Assembly (NCBI GenBank): GCA_951406725.2
Contig: OX597814.1
Coordinates: 132,060,001 to 132,124,000, forward strand
Reading direction: 5' to 3'
DNA length: 64,000 nt
DNA from: Octopus vulgaris
Lineage: Eukaryota
The translations under genes and the position numbers were made by a program. The notes below the pieces were generated by a model. That model did not search any database and was not told the origin of the DNA. It was given only the letters and a program-made list of their open reading frames with translations. Each line of letters opens with the position of its first letter. The first letter of the stretch is position 1. This document shows positions 25,654-38,143 of this stretch, in pieces.

Positions 25654-28036
25654 ATTCAAATATGAATTAGAATCAGTTAGAGGTATATGAACAAAATCGA
25701 ATACGCATCGATTTTTCTCGCTCCGGAAAATGGTCCTGTGTGTGTTGTCTAGCTTGCCTTTGATTTACTTGAGGATGTTTTTAACACCAGGCGTATTGAG
25801 AACATATTCTCTTACGCCTAAAAGGCACCCGACCCACGGACTAACAAGAAACACACCTTGTGCATGTGTGCTCGATTTCGTTTATATAGCTTGAGGTTCT
25901 TCTGATTCGTATCTGAGTTTTTTCCATGGCACGAAAAGTTGGTAAATGACAGTAGATGGTTCTCAAATCATTTAATATATAGTCATAGTTGGCGATCTTG
26001 CTTGCGGTAAGCCGTGTACGGCACGCAGTTTTGAACCTACCTATGACTTACTTTCAGGTGTTTTTAACACCAGGCACATTCAACTCTATTTATACAGTTG
26101 ATGAGGAATATGTTGTCTTTTGGTGGACAATTACTGCACACTTATGGCAACAGTAATACATCTGTATGAAATTCGAAAATGGCGATTGATGAAAGTAAAC
26201 AATTTGCCAATAAATACGTGATTCGCTTTTCATGCTGGCACAGTGTTGTCTTCGAGCATGGTTGTTGTTTTCCTTTACATGATATTTAATGAATATCTTA
26301 TAGATCTTCTTACGACCCCTTCTAATAATTCTTTATATCTTTGTTGTAAAGGTATCACAGATGTACCAGAAAAAACCTGAACATTTTCATATTCACGAAA
26401 CCTCCTGGCAAAAAAGAAGAAAGAAAATGTTCTTCTTTGAAACATAGAAGTGCAAATGAATAGCTAAAATTCATCCTCTAATTATTTTCGACGGAAAGGA
26501 GTGTGGACAATATTTTACCAATGCAAACTGCGATCGTTTTTCAGTGTGATATATATTCCTAATAACTACACAGGTATTCTAAATATAATAGACAACAGTT
26601 ACAGGACTGCATGGATATTCTACATATTGGAAAGTAAATAAAATTATTTTAAAAATACAAACTGACAGAACTAGCAACAGCATCTAGGCTATCTCCCAGT
26701 GAGATAATGAGCCTAGCAGTGCATAATTATCTTGACTTGTGAAAGAAAATAAATAATGCTAGATGGTCCCGGTATGCTCAAGATAAACTCCGGGGTTCTC
26801 TCGTTAAGCACCCCCTCCGATGTTCTCTCAAAATGGTCCAATGTTTACTCTTTAAATATTCTCCAGACTCCTTTCGTTAAATGACTTCACCCCCCGGTGA
26901 TCTCGTGTTAAACTTTCCCGCGGTGAACTCTAGTTAAACGTTCTTTGGTGTCATTTTTATTATTTATGGTTCAGGAGGTATAATGAGTGTTTCTTTCCTT
27001 AAAACACCGTGGAGGACATGACCAAGAATTTTCAAGCTCAACAGATGATGAACAACATACATAATATGAACAAAAATGTCCTAGATTAGCATGGGATGTA
27101 TGCAGATCTAAAGTTTTCGTTGGAACAAAAATGCTGTAAATTTAAAGCATCATATGTCCAAGCGATCTAACAATAGGCAGACCTTAAAAAAACAACAGAA
27201 ATGGAGGCTTAAGAAAATTCGACAAAATGTGTGAATAAAATCTGTATCCCACTGAAAACATAATGGGTTTCAGAGTAATGTGACCGACTAACGAGTGCAA
27301 TATACACGTTTATCAGAACGTATTTCAAGATTCTAGGTAAAATATTTTCGAAAGACTCTCTCAAACCTGCGAATGACAGAGTATGATTGTCGAAGTGCTA
27401 CAATGAGTTTATTAACAGACGAAAAAAGTTAATATGAGAGCACACAAAGACTTTACTAAGCCACTCAAATTAGTGAATGCTAACAGGTACCGTTAGGTGC
27501 TTCAGAACTCAGTAGTTGAAGATGCACATAATATTTTGTCTATATTGGAGAATATTTTCATATCTCCATTACTGAAATTATTCATTGTTTGACATAAAGT
27601 ATATAGTTGCTAAGACCATGGTGGTGATGATTAAAAGTAGTGAATGATGGCATCATTGTCGGTGGAGTATATATGGTTAGTCTTCGTAGAATATCGGTAC
27701 TCACAACTCTCTCACAGCATATCTTTTCTCGGCAGTTGTCGACTAGAAATGCTAACTGCATCAGTCTCAAGAGGAACTCTTCCTGTATGACAATCGCCAG
27801 TCTTGGGACGCCTGTGAAGTTTATGGCACGCAGACTTATGAAAATAACGAACTTGCACTGCTCCACGCTTTACATTTGGAAACAAACACCCGTGCTAGAT
27901 TATCTACATCCTCTTAATGTAGCTATGGAAAGAATCATAATTTTTCGTTTCTTGAAATTTCTCATCGTCCCAATAATAACCGTTCGAATTACTCTGACGA
28001 TCTTGTCTTTTCGAAAACAATTTAAATATTTTAAAT

Positions 28037-28196
28037 GAGTGGCTGTGTGGTAAGTAGCTTGCGTACGAACTACATGGTTCCGGGTTCAGTCCCACTACGT
28101 GGCACCTTGGGCAAGTGTATTCTACTATAGCTTCAGGCCGACCAAAGCTTTGTGAGTGGATTTGGTAGACGGAAACTGAAAGAAGCCCATCGTATG

Positions 28197-28258
<62 letters not shown>

Positions 28259-28475
28259 TGTGTGTGTATGTCTTTGTATGTCCGTGTTTGTCTGTCCCCA
28301 CCAACGTCGCTTGACAACCGATGCTGGTGTGTTTACGTCCCCGTAAATTAGCGGTTCGGCAAAGTGACCGATAGAATAAGTAGTAGGCTTACAAAGAATA
28401 AGTTCTGGGGTCGATGTGCTCGACTAAAGGCGGTGCTCCAGTATGGCCGCAGTCAAATGACTGAAACAAGTAAAA
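28037..28475 (+). mobile_element. SINE family A
   Basis: Consensus match. Confidence 0.85.
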
Positions 28476-29058
28476 AAAAAAATTTAGACCTCTCTGATTA
28501 CAATGAAAAAGGAGGCTCTATATGTATTAATATATTAACTGGTGACGTATTTTCGGTAGTTATGGTACAAGAAAAACTACGAAGCACATCAGAGATTATG
28601 TGTATTAATGATTCTTATATAATAATATATACTTCTAAACTAGCAAATGTAGTCGCTGCTCCAAAATCGAAGATGATATTTTGATGAAAAAGAGTTGTAA
28701 ATTGATATAACTTAAAATGGTTGTTCAACCATTATATGGAGATAAAAATGTTTGTGTTTATAAATGGAAAGCTTAGCATGTGACATTTTTACTGCTAAAG
28801 AATATGTTTAAAGCTCACTCAACCCTAGGTGTCTGATGGATGGTTATAACTGAACGCCTTTGTTTCTATTTCTGTTCCGTCAGAACTACCATTGGGTTAA
28901 ACATGAACGACGTAAACATTCACAACTTAAAAAATGATTTGCCTCAGAATTGTACACTCCGTCACGCCCAAACACACACACACACAAAAGCCACGCGCGC
29001 ATGCTCATGAAAATGTAAATATACGGTAGAGAAAGATTAAAGAGTTATAATGTTTATA

Positions 29059-29485
29059 TTACTCTTTTACTTGTTTCAGTCATTTGACGGCGGCCGTGCT
29101 GGTGCACCGCCTTTAGTCGAGAAAATCGACCCCAAGACTTATTCTTTGTAAGCCTACTACTTATTCTATCGGTCTCTTTGCCGAACCGCTAATTTACGGG
29201 GACGTAAACACACCAGCATCGGTTGTCAAGCGATGTTGGGGGGATAAACACAGACACACAAACATATACACACACATCCATCCATCCATATATATATATA
29301 TATATATACATATCCATATATACGATAGGCTTCTTTCAGTTTCCGTCTACCAAATCCACTCACAAGGCTTTGGTGGGCCCGAGGCAATAGTAGAAGACAC
29401 TTGCCGAAGATTTTACACAGTGAGACTGAACCCGGAACCATGTGGCTGGTAAGCAAGCTAATTACCATACAACCACTCCACTCCT
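29059..29485 (-). mobile_element. SINE family A
   Basis: Consensus match, inverted relative to the 28037 copy. Confidence 0.85.
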
Positions 29486-29731
29486 ATATTACAGTACAAA
29501 CCGTAGCGACTGTGGACCGTACTGTATCCATTGTTTGTGGATATAAAGTTGAAACAAATAAACAAATTATAATAGATATTTCTTGCTTACTTTAGGTCCT
29601 CCCACTTGGTACAACACGAAACAGTCTTCTCACTTGTTAGTTCCATCTGTTACAAAAATCAATTAATTTATTCGCTTTACATTGTTTCATGTCATGTCGG
29701 ATTACCTCTGCCTCTACTGGTTTTCAAGACT

Positions 29732-29738
29732 TATATAA
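29732..29738 (+). promoter_or_regulatory. TATA box of IL-17-like gene 1
   Basis: TATATAA ~135 bp before the ATG; conserved in the paralog at 46978. Confidence 0.6.
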
Positions 29739-29867
29739 GTAAATCTAGGACAGCTGATAACATTTGAAAAGGGTATCACTTTGAGGAACGAACCCCCTCG
29801 CGTTTCATTCGTAAAATATCGTATTGCTTTCCTCGATTTTTCAATTTCCAACTGAACAATCAGTATA

Positions 29868-29882
29868 ATGAAGAAACTAGCA
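29868..29882 (+). CDS. IL17: IL-17-like gene 1, coding exon 1 (MKKLA)
   Basis: ATG AAG AAA CTA GCA|GTAAGT, phase 0. Joins exon 2 in frame to complete a signal peptide. Confidence 0.8.
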
Positions 29883-29930
29883 GTAAGTAAACTTAAGCTA
29901 ATTACCTCATCTTATGCATTTCAGAATATG

Positions 29931-29967
<37 letters not shown>

Positions 29968-30894
29968 GTCATACGTACTCATGCGTTCTCATCAGATGCT
30001 TCCTCGACGTCATTTTGTCTAATTTCATACAGACGTACGGAGTATTCTTTTAAACCCTGTTTTAAAACACCATAGCCCACTCGAATAGGGAGTCGTTGCA
30101 TACGTTGCCTCCTGTATCCCACGGTTGCAGGCCTGGCTGTGCAGTAAGAAGCTTACTCCTCAGCCACATAGTTCCGGGTTCAGACGGAAACTGAAAGAAG
30201 TTCGTAGTGTATAAATATGTACAATATCTATGTGTGTATCTTTGTGTCTGTGTTCGTCCCCACCATCGCTTGATAATCGGCGCAGCTGTGTTTATGTTCC
30301 CATAACTTGGCGGTTCAACATGCGAGTCCGATAGAATAAGTACGAGGCTAAAAATTACTGTCCTGGCGTCGATTTGTTCGACAAGTATTGCTCAGCTGTA
30401 TGCCTCAGTATGGCTGAACATTTAAAAGATAAATAAAAAAAATGCCCAGTTGATGTTTAGAATCCTTTAGGATACTAGCAAATATTGTGTCAGGGCCTGC
30501 TGCTAAATCGAATTTAATTTAATTAATTATCGCAGTGATTTCAGTAGTGCTGAGCGTTATATCTGGGGGGATTTGTTAGGATTTACATAATCAATATGGC
30601 CTACTTCAATCTCACCGAAATCACTTTAGATCAACCAGTATTGCTTCTGTAAAACTTCCAAAGATTGAGAAAAGAACCTTTTTAGAAAGTCGAAAGTCAC
30701 TAATCTTTGGGAGGAGCTTTCACAAAATATGTGTAGGCTTTGCTTTTATAAATGTGCAAGCGCTTTCCGTTCTTAACATTTCCAAGCACTTCTAAAAAAT
30801 GTTCTTTTCTCAATCTTAACTCTCTGAGAAAAACATCCTCTCTCCAAATATTATAACTGTATCAAGGAATTTTCAAAACACGCTAAATATACAT

Positions 30895-30928
<34 letters not shown>

Positions 30929-31750
30929 CTGACTAATCACATAAATGTGAAACGAGGTGGGAACAATCAGTATCCGAATAACAGAGGTCGAGTGATATGG
31001 TTTATTATTAAAACTGCAAAAACGGCATTGTTATATTTTGTGATGTTATTGCAGATTTTTATAACACGCACACACACACACATGCACACGCACACTTATA
31101 CACACACACACACACATAACAAATTTAGTCCCTCCTAGTGAATGTAGTTAGTAGACTGAATCACACCCACTTACACACAGACACACATGCACACATGCAC
31201 ACATACGTATACATATGTATACAAGTATACATGTTATGTATGCGTGCGCGCATATACTTGTCTTTGGGTTTATGTTTCTCTCCTACCTCCGTTTGACGAC
31301 GGGTGTTACTTTGTTTTAGCTTGGTAACTTAGCAGTTCAACAAAATAAACTTACAAAATAAGTACCAGACTTAAACAAAATAAGTGAAAGTTGATTTGTT
31401 CGACTATAGCCCCCAAAGAGGGCTCAGTCCAATGATTGAAACAAGTGAAAAATAAGAGATAATAAAAATCGGTTTCGTTTTCCCTTTCTACTTAGAACAT
31501 ATCCCGACTGCTTTACCAATGGACTCATAAAATATATTTTAAATATATATTTGTGACATATCTTTTTTCTTTCTGAACTATTTAACTTACCATTGATCAT
31601 TCATTGCATCCTCAGAGGCAAGTCTCTGTAATGTAGACTCTCATAAAATGACTTATGTTTATAAACAACACATTCTTGTTAAGTCTTTTATTTTTCCTTT
31701 ATCATGATATGGTGTGATATATTTCCTTATCATATGTATCTTTCGCACAG

Positions 31751-32278
31751 ATTGCTGTCCAGATTGTAATTCTCCTTTTCAACTATAACTTTGATGTATC
31801 TGCAAAAAAAATGGTATGTAAAAAATGCGAGAATTTGTATTATGAACGTCTGTTTATGAAATCCATTGGCCACAATTTCTTTGTACCGCCTTCGATGGTT
31901 CCCAACGAATTCTGCGATCCACCAATTAATGCTGGAATAAAAACCTGCTCGCGATTTCTCCCTATTAACATAATATCCAGCGAAAGATCAACCTGTCCTT
32001 GGTACACGACCATTATTCACGATCCGACAGTTTTCCCTTCCCGTCGAACTGAAGCAGTGTGTCGCTGTGATGTCTGCATGGACTCCACCCATAATACCGA
32101 ATGTGTGACTGTGTTCGCTAAAATGACTTTCCTCAAACGTTCAGATGAATGTATTGATGGACTGTATTTGTATACCCCATTGGTGATAAACGTGGCCGTT
32201 GCTTGCGCGTGCGCGTCGAAAATCGACCAGTTTGATAATTCTTCGATGTATGATTATAGTTATGATACTGATTATTAA
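31751..32278 (+). CDS. IL17: IL-17-like gene 1, exon 2 (spliced product ~180 aa)
   Basis: Acceptor TTTCGCACAG; IAVQIVILLFNYNFDVSA signal remainder; RSTCPW, DP..FP....EAVCRC..C, C..V....FLKR...C and V.VAC.CA cystine-knot motifs. Confidence 0.92.
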   Translation: MAVQIVILLFNYNFDVSAKKMVCKKCENLYYERLFMKSIGHNFFVPPSMVPNEFCDPPINAGIKTCSRFLPINIISSERSTCPWYTTIIHDPTVFPSRRTEAVCRCDVCMDSTHNTECVTVFAKMTFLKRSDECIDGLYLYTPLVINVAVACACASKIDQFDNSSMYDYSYDTDY

Positions 32279-32751
32279 ATCTGAACAAACGGTATAACGG
32301 CTATTCTAAGCTGCGTATAATGCAAAATTTGTTTATCTGATTACAGAGACAGAACGACACACACACACACACAGACACACACACACAGACACACACACAC
32401 ACACGTAACTATAATGTATTTGAAACATTTTTGACACGTATCAGAAATTATTCTTTTATCACTTCTTCAATGCATGCAAATTGATTTTTAAAACATATTG
32501 TCGATATTTTTGCCGTTAGCACGTATCATAAGATGAAGACTATTCGATAAGAAAAAATAATAATAAAAACAAAAGCCACCACAATTGTTTTGCTCTTGAA
32601 CACAAATATATTCTCCTTTTCAAAATTGATTTCGGCTAGTGCAATGGCAGTTGTTTATTACAAATGTAATTTTTTTTTCGAGCAAACTTGCGCTGAAAAC
32701 TCGGTGATAACAGCTCGCCACAAAAGCAGTTATATAGAATTCAATAAACTA

Positions 32752-33311
32752 TTGGGTTGTCCGGAAAGTTTGTGCCGATTTTTAAAGGAAAGAAAAAGTT
32801 CAATAAATACTTGCCATTACATTTTTAATCAACCAAATATGAATCATTTTGTTGCACAATGCGTCTCCATCTTTCCTTAACTTGAAAATACCCTCTGCAC
32901 AGAACTGAGGTGGTTTCATGGCAAAGAAGTCATCAAGGTATCTTTTTACGTCATCCATGGCATTGAAATTTTTGCCATTAACACTATTCTGCAGAGACCT
33001 GAATAAACGGAAATCCGAAGGAGCAATATCTGGTGAATATGGAGGGTGGGATAACACATCTTAGCCGAGGTGCAGCAACTTTTGTCTGGTTCCCAAAGCA
33101 TCAAGTGCCGAAAATGCACTTTCTTATCTTTTAAAGGGTTACAGAATTTACACAGGTTATTGGAACATATATCTTCTTTCACGAAAAGATAGCTTAAACT
33201 GTGATCTAAATAGAGGTGTAGTCAAATCCTATTTTATGGACTCAACCATGTTCTAAAATAAGTCGAAAGGTAAGCTACTATAAATTGGCACGAACTTTCC
33301 GGACAACCCAA
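32752..33311 (-). mobile_element. Internally deleted mariner
   Basis: TIRs TTGGGTTGTCCGGAAAGTT.GTGCC.ATTT with TA flanks; HPPYSPDIAPSDFRLFRSLQN motif. Confidence 0.88.
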
Positions 33312-34004
33312 TACACTATTTGCCGACAGTTTACTTCATTGGTGCAAGTGATCAATATTTAAAACCTGAAGGTTACCCAGAAAATCGTTATTCTAAAAAT
33401 TTTTTTTTTAGAAACTATATTATTTTCTTCGTTTCTTTAGTTTGCTGAAATTACAGGATTAATTGCATTTCAGAGGTACAGCTTCTAATGTTTTAATTAG
33501 TGGTATGGACCCAAGTGACCTAAGTGCTATTTATCTTAATTTAAACCTATCCATCGAGCCGCTTGCGATAATAGCTTTTAGTGTCACTGAAAGACTTGCG
33601 CCATTACATTCACTCATGCAGTAATTCTACAAGGCATATTAAATAAATTTCTGCAAGAAAACTATATGGAGCGAATATGTCAAGATACCAATTTACATAA
33701 ATATATATATCAACAATAATAATAATGAAAAGGATTATTACGAAGTGCCATAGCATTGCCTTTAATTGTTTTTATATATAAATAGCTTTACACAGACCTA
33801 CAGGTTTCAACAACACCGATTAGTAAACGTTGCAATTGCAAGCTTACTATAACACTGGCGCAGTTTCTTCGAGGATCTTTACTTCATATCCTTTGATTTA
33901 ACCGTTTGAAGTTTTTCATTCATCTACTTTGCGTTGTACAATATAGAGTTGCTCGTTGAATTAGACGCGAGCTATCTTCGTTTCAAGTGTTTATTGGACA
34001 ATTA

Positions 34005-34388
34005 CTTTTATTCTTTTACTTGTTTCAGTCATTTAACTGCGGCCATGCTGGAGCATCGACTTTAGTCAAGCAAACCGACCCCAGGACTTATTCTTTGTAA
34101 GCCTAGTACTTATTCTATCGGTCTCTTTTGCCGAACCCCTAAGTTACGGGGACATAAAAACACCAGCATCTGTTGTCAAGCGATGTTGGGGGGGGGGGAC
34201 GAACACAGACACACAAACATATACACACACACATATATATATAGGTATACATATATACGACGGGCTTCTTTCAGTTTCCGTCTACGAAATCCACTCACAA
34301 TGCTTTGGTCGACCCGAGGCTATAGTGGAAGACACTCGCCCAAGGTGCGATGCAGTGGGTCTGAACCCGGAACCATGTGGTTGGTAAC
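34005..34388 (-). mobile_element. SINE family A (paralog ~51260-51655)
   Basis: Consensus match, head truncated. Confidence 0.8.
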
Positions 34389-34677
34389 ATTATTTCAAAA
34401 CAATTTGTTGTTTAAATGTTTATCATTAATTTATACTGAGCAAATGTGAATTTCCTCGTCTCAAAGTTTGTTCCGTTCTAGAATTTATTACATTACCCTT
34501 AGATGGAAAAATTTGGTAAATTTCTTCTAAGCATAAGCCACATATTTTTGTTCCTGGTCTTTATGGTTTTGCAGTACAAATTCGCAATTAACAGTACAGT
34601 CATTGTTTCTGTCTTTAAGAGACCAGGTTAATTTCTTAAGACTTGTTTTGGAATATTTCATTTTTATCTCTAAAAGA

Positions 34678-36362
34678 TAAGAGCATTAGATTCGTTGGAA
34701 AAAAAAGCAGCGTATGTAAACGAAAACAAGGACGAAAAACATACAAATACAAATAAAATACAAATAACAGGACATAACAGCTGGTGTCTTTCGACTAAGA
34801 ACGAATCAAATTAAGCTGGCGTGTGTGGAAGTAAAGCCTTACGGCATGGATACAAGATTTCACAGGCACAGGGAAGAAAATAGATGTTGCACCGACAGCG
34901 GCCGAACCAAGAAAGAAAGGTCATTTATATATAATAAATTCATAAATAAAATAAAACATATGCATATATACATACATATATGTACGCACCTACCTCTACA
35001 TGTATATATACATGCGTATTTGGTTACAGAACACCAAAAAAACGTCGAACACATTTTTCTTAAAAAACGAAAAAATAGAGCACAGGACATACAATACAAG
35101 GAAAATTCCCCTTCTTCAGTCGCCTTTGTTTCATCTACTCCGCGTTTCGAAGGTCAAGGCGAGACACGTCTTTAATGAAACTTTCCTTCTCTCGAAAAAC
35201 AAATTAGATAAAATTTGAGATTTTTTTGCGGATGGGTAAAAATGGTAACAAAAACAGGACAGTAACGACAGTACAGAATATAAACAGTAAAAGACAGGAC
35301 AAGGAAAATAACAGTAACACAGACAAGAAGGGCTATTAAGCTGAACGAGATAAAATATTACGAACGCTATATTTGAGAACGGCGATGGATCCACAGAAAA
35401 TGCCGTCTACACTTGAAGGAAGCCAGGTTAGAAAGACAGTAGCAGAGCTCTTGTCGCGGGTCAACGACGGGAGGGAGGAGGAGGAGCAAGAGAAAGGGAG
35501 AGAAAAAAGGGAATGGATATATACATGTAGAGGTAGGTGCGTACATATATGCATATGTTTTATTTTATTTATTAATTTATTATATGACGGAACGCACGCA
35601 TCCATTTCTAAGTAAGATTGTTCTTAATATTAATAATGATGCGCACTCTTAACCTTTCTGTTCCCCCTCCCCTTCTCAGCTTTCATTCTTTCGGGTTCCC
35701 TTTTCTTCTACCTTACTGTCTCTCGCTCCCTCTCTCTCTCTCATTCTTCATTCTTTCTGATTTTCTCTACAACCATTCCCTTTTTTCTCTCCCTTTCTCT
35801 TGCTCCTCCTCCTCCCTCCCGTCGTTGACCCGCGACGAGAGTTCTGCTACTGTCTTTCCGACCTGGCTTCCTTCAAGTGTAGACGGCATTTTCTGTGGAT
35901 ACTTCACCGTTCTCAAATATAGCGTTCGTAATATTTTATCTCGTTCGGCTTAACAGTCCTTCTTGTCTGTGTTACTGTTATTCTCCTTCTCCTGTCTTTT
36001 ATTGTTTATATTTTGTACTATCATTACAGTCCTGTTTTTGTTACCATTTTTACCCCTCCGCAAAAAAATCTCAAATTTTATTTAATTTGTTTTCGCGGGA
36101 AGGAAAAGTTCACAAAAGACGTGTCTCGCCTTGACCTTCGAAACGCGGAGTAGATGAAACAAAGGCGACTGAAGAATGTCCATTTACTTGGTTTTGTGTT
36201 TATGTTTTCGTTTCTCATTGTTTTCCTGTACTCATATATGCATGGATATATTCATGTAGAGGTAGGTGCGTGCATATATGTATGTATATATGCATATGTT
36301 TTATTTTATTTATGAATTTATTATATGACGGAAGCACGCATCCATTTCTAAGTAAGATTGTT

Positions 36363-36364
<2 letters not shown>
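34678..36364. repeat. Repeat P in fold-back arrangement
   Basis: 35112-35516 is the reverse complement of 35773-36176. 35517-35625 is directly repeated at ~36250-36364. Confidence 0.85.
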
Positions 36365-36424
<60 letters not shown>

Positions 36425-36594
36425 GTGTCACTAAAGTGTCAAGGAGTGCAACGTGGTACCGGCATGGCAAGAAATAAGAGTCAAAACATTCGATAAGCAC
36501 AAATGCACTACCATTTTGAAATCAGCGTATGAGTTCAACGGTTTTCTTATAAGCTGACAAGGTGAATTGAATATAAATCAAGACGTGGTAAGGG

Positions 36595-36671
<77 letters not shown>

Positions 36672-36739
36672 TAGGGAATAAATCCAAATTTACAGGGAAA
36701 AAATCAGATTTAGGATTAAATCCAATTTTATAGTAAAAT

Positions 36740-36912
36740 ATTATATAATATTAATTAGAGACAAAACCACTATTTTGTAAAACAAACAAGGAAAGACTTA
36801 ATCAATACATAAAATTTTAATAAAATTTTTTATTTTTTACTTTTTATTAAAATTTTATGTATTGATTAAGTCTTTCCTTGTTTGTTTTACAAAATAGTGG
36901 TTTTGTCTTTAA

Positions 36913-36925
<13 letters not shown>
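36740..36925. repeat. Near-perfect AT-rich palindrome between (TA)n tracts
   Basis: ~85-bp arms: AGACAAAACCACTATTTTGTAAAACAAACAAGGAAAGACTTAATC... and its reverse complement. Confidence 0.85.
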
Positions 36926-36969
<44 letters not shown>

Positions 36970-37996
36970 ACCTTATAACGCTTTTGTTGAACGCATACAT
37001 AATAGTTACTTTACAGTTATAGATCTAGGCTATCACTGACATGCTAAAGAACATATGAAATATATCGTCATAATATTCCTTGTGAAATATGATTATTGAA
37101 ACTGAAGAAGTGTAGAACAATATCATCCTGTTGAGGCAAACGCCTAGTTTGAAAGCGTCAAGGCGAGGTAGTATTAGTCGTAACACCATCGTCATGGCTT
37201 TAATATTTGCGTTATTCAAATTATGTAAAACTCACAAAGCAATATACATTTACAATAGAATAATAAATAAATAGCCATATTATTTCTACTTTCCCTGAAT
37301 GAATAGTTCTAGAGAAATCGCGAGCCATGCACACCAGAATGGTCGTCACATTGACTTACTTTATGTGTATAAAAAACGTCACAACCTATTTCTTCTCCTA
37401 ACTTACAACGAGTTGAGCAAAATATTGAAATATTCTTGCTAGATGTTTGATATAAATCTATATATTATGTCTTAATATAAAAACCGAATAGTATATACAC
37501 TTATGATTATGATATATATATATATATATATATAGTATCATTAGAATAAGTATAATTATAATAAAGTGAGCATTTTATTGACAAAACTTTAACTACAAAC
37601 TACAAATAATAGTAAATATTTCTGTAATTATAATGAAATACTTTAGATAGAAATACTAGAAAAAAATAGAAAATAAAAAGCATAGAAAGATGTTACTCAT
37701 ATTGGACAGTAGTTATTCGGGAAACCTGTGGAAATTGAGAGACATTATTAATCTAATTACATTGATGTCAATAACAATTAATGAATGACATCATTTGAGC
37801 CAATAGTTACGTATTCGTAAAGAGAAGTCTGCATGTTTACGCTTAAGTGGCGCTTGGACATCCTACTATATGTAAGTCTAGGATGTAAATATTTCCGTTG
37901 TGATTTGTTATTCTTCCGTCGTTTTATGCCTTTAACCCCCGAACATTAGGCATGATGTTTCCTTGTGAGTAGTTTTCGGTGTGATATATATACATG

Positions 37997-38034
37997 TATA
38001 TAAACAAACACATGCATGCAGGCTAATATCATTC
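37997..38034 (+). promoter_or_regulatory. TATA box and Inr-like element of IL-17-like gene 2
   Basis: TATATAAA at 37997 and TCATTC ~32 bp downstream; same spacing to exon 1 as in the paralogs. Confidence 0.55.
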
Positions 38035-38128
38035 CAAATCTGTACTCCACTGCGGAACGAACACATCTCATTTGTAATATATCTTACTGTTGCCGTCTCT
38101 TTTTCTTTCCAAGTGAACTAACAACGCA

Positions 38129-38143
38129 TTGAAGATAACTAAG
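38129..38143 (+). other. IL17: IL-17-like gene 2, exon-1 end with ATG replaced by TTG
   Basis: TTG AAG ATA ACT AAG|GTAAGT, positionally equivalent to ATG AAG AAA CTA GCA|GTAAGT. Confidence 0.65.

Larger units (their letters stand above)
22804..34672 (+). repeat. Segmental duplication copy 1 (paralogous to 41797-51958)
   Basis: Collinear near-identity from GGTAGAGAT.AAAA to TTTTATCTCTAAA, interrupted by copy-specific indels. Confidence 0.93.

Noticed and set aside
27582-28038. ORFs at 27.6-28.0 kb and 46.4-46.8 kb as protein genes
   Set aside because: Frames are not preserved between the duplicates (indels, insertions) and there are no recognisable motifs.
37716-37793. NF-kB/STAT/CRE-like sites upstream of gene 2 (TTCGGGAAACC, TGACATCA)
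   Set aside because: Short motifs expected by chance, and not shared with the twin promoters, so they cannot be supported from sequence alone.
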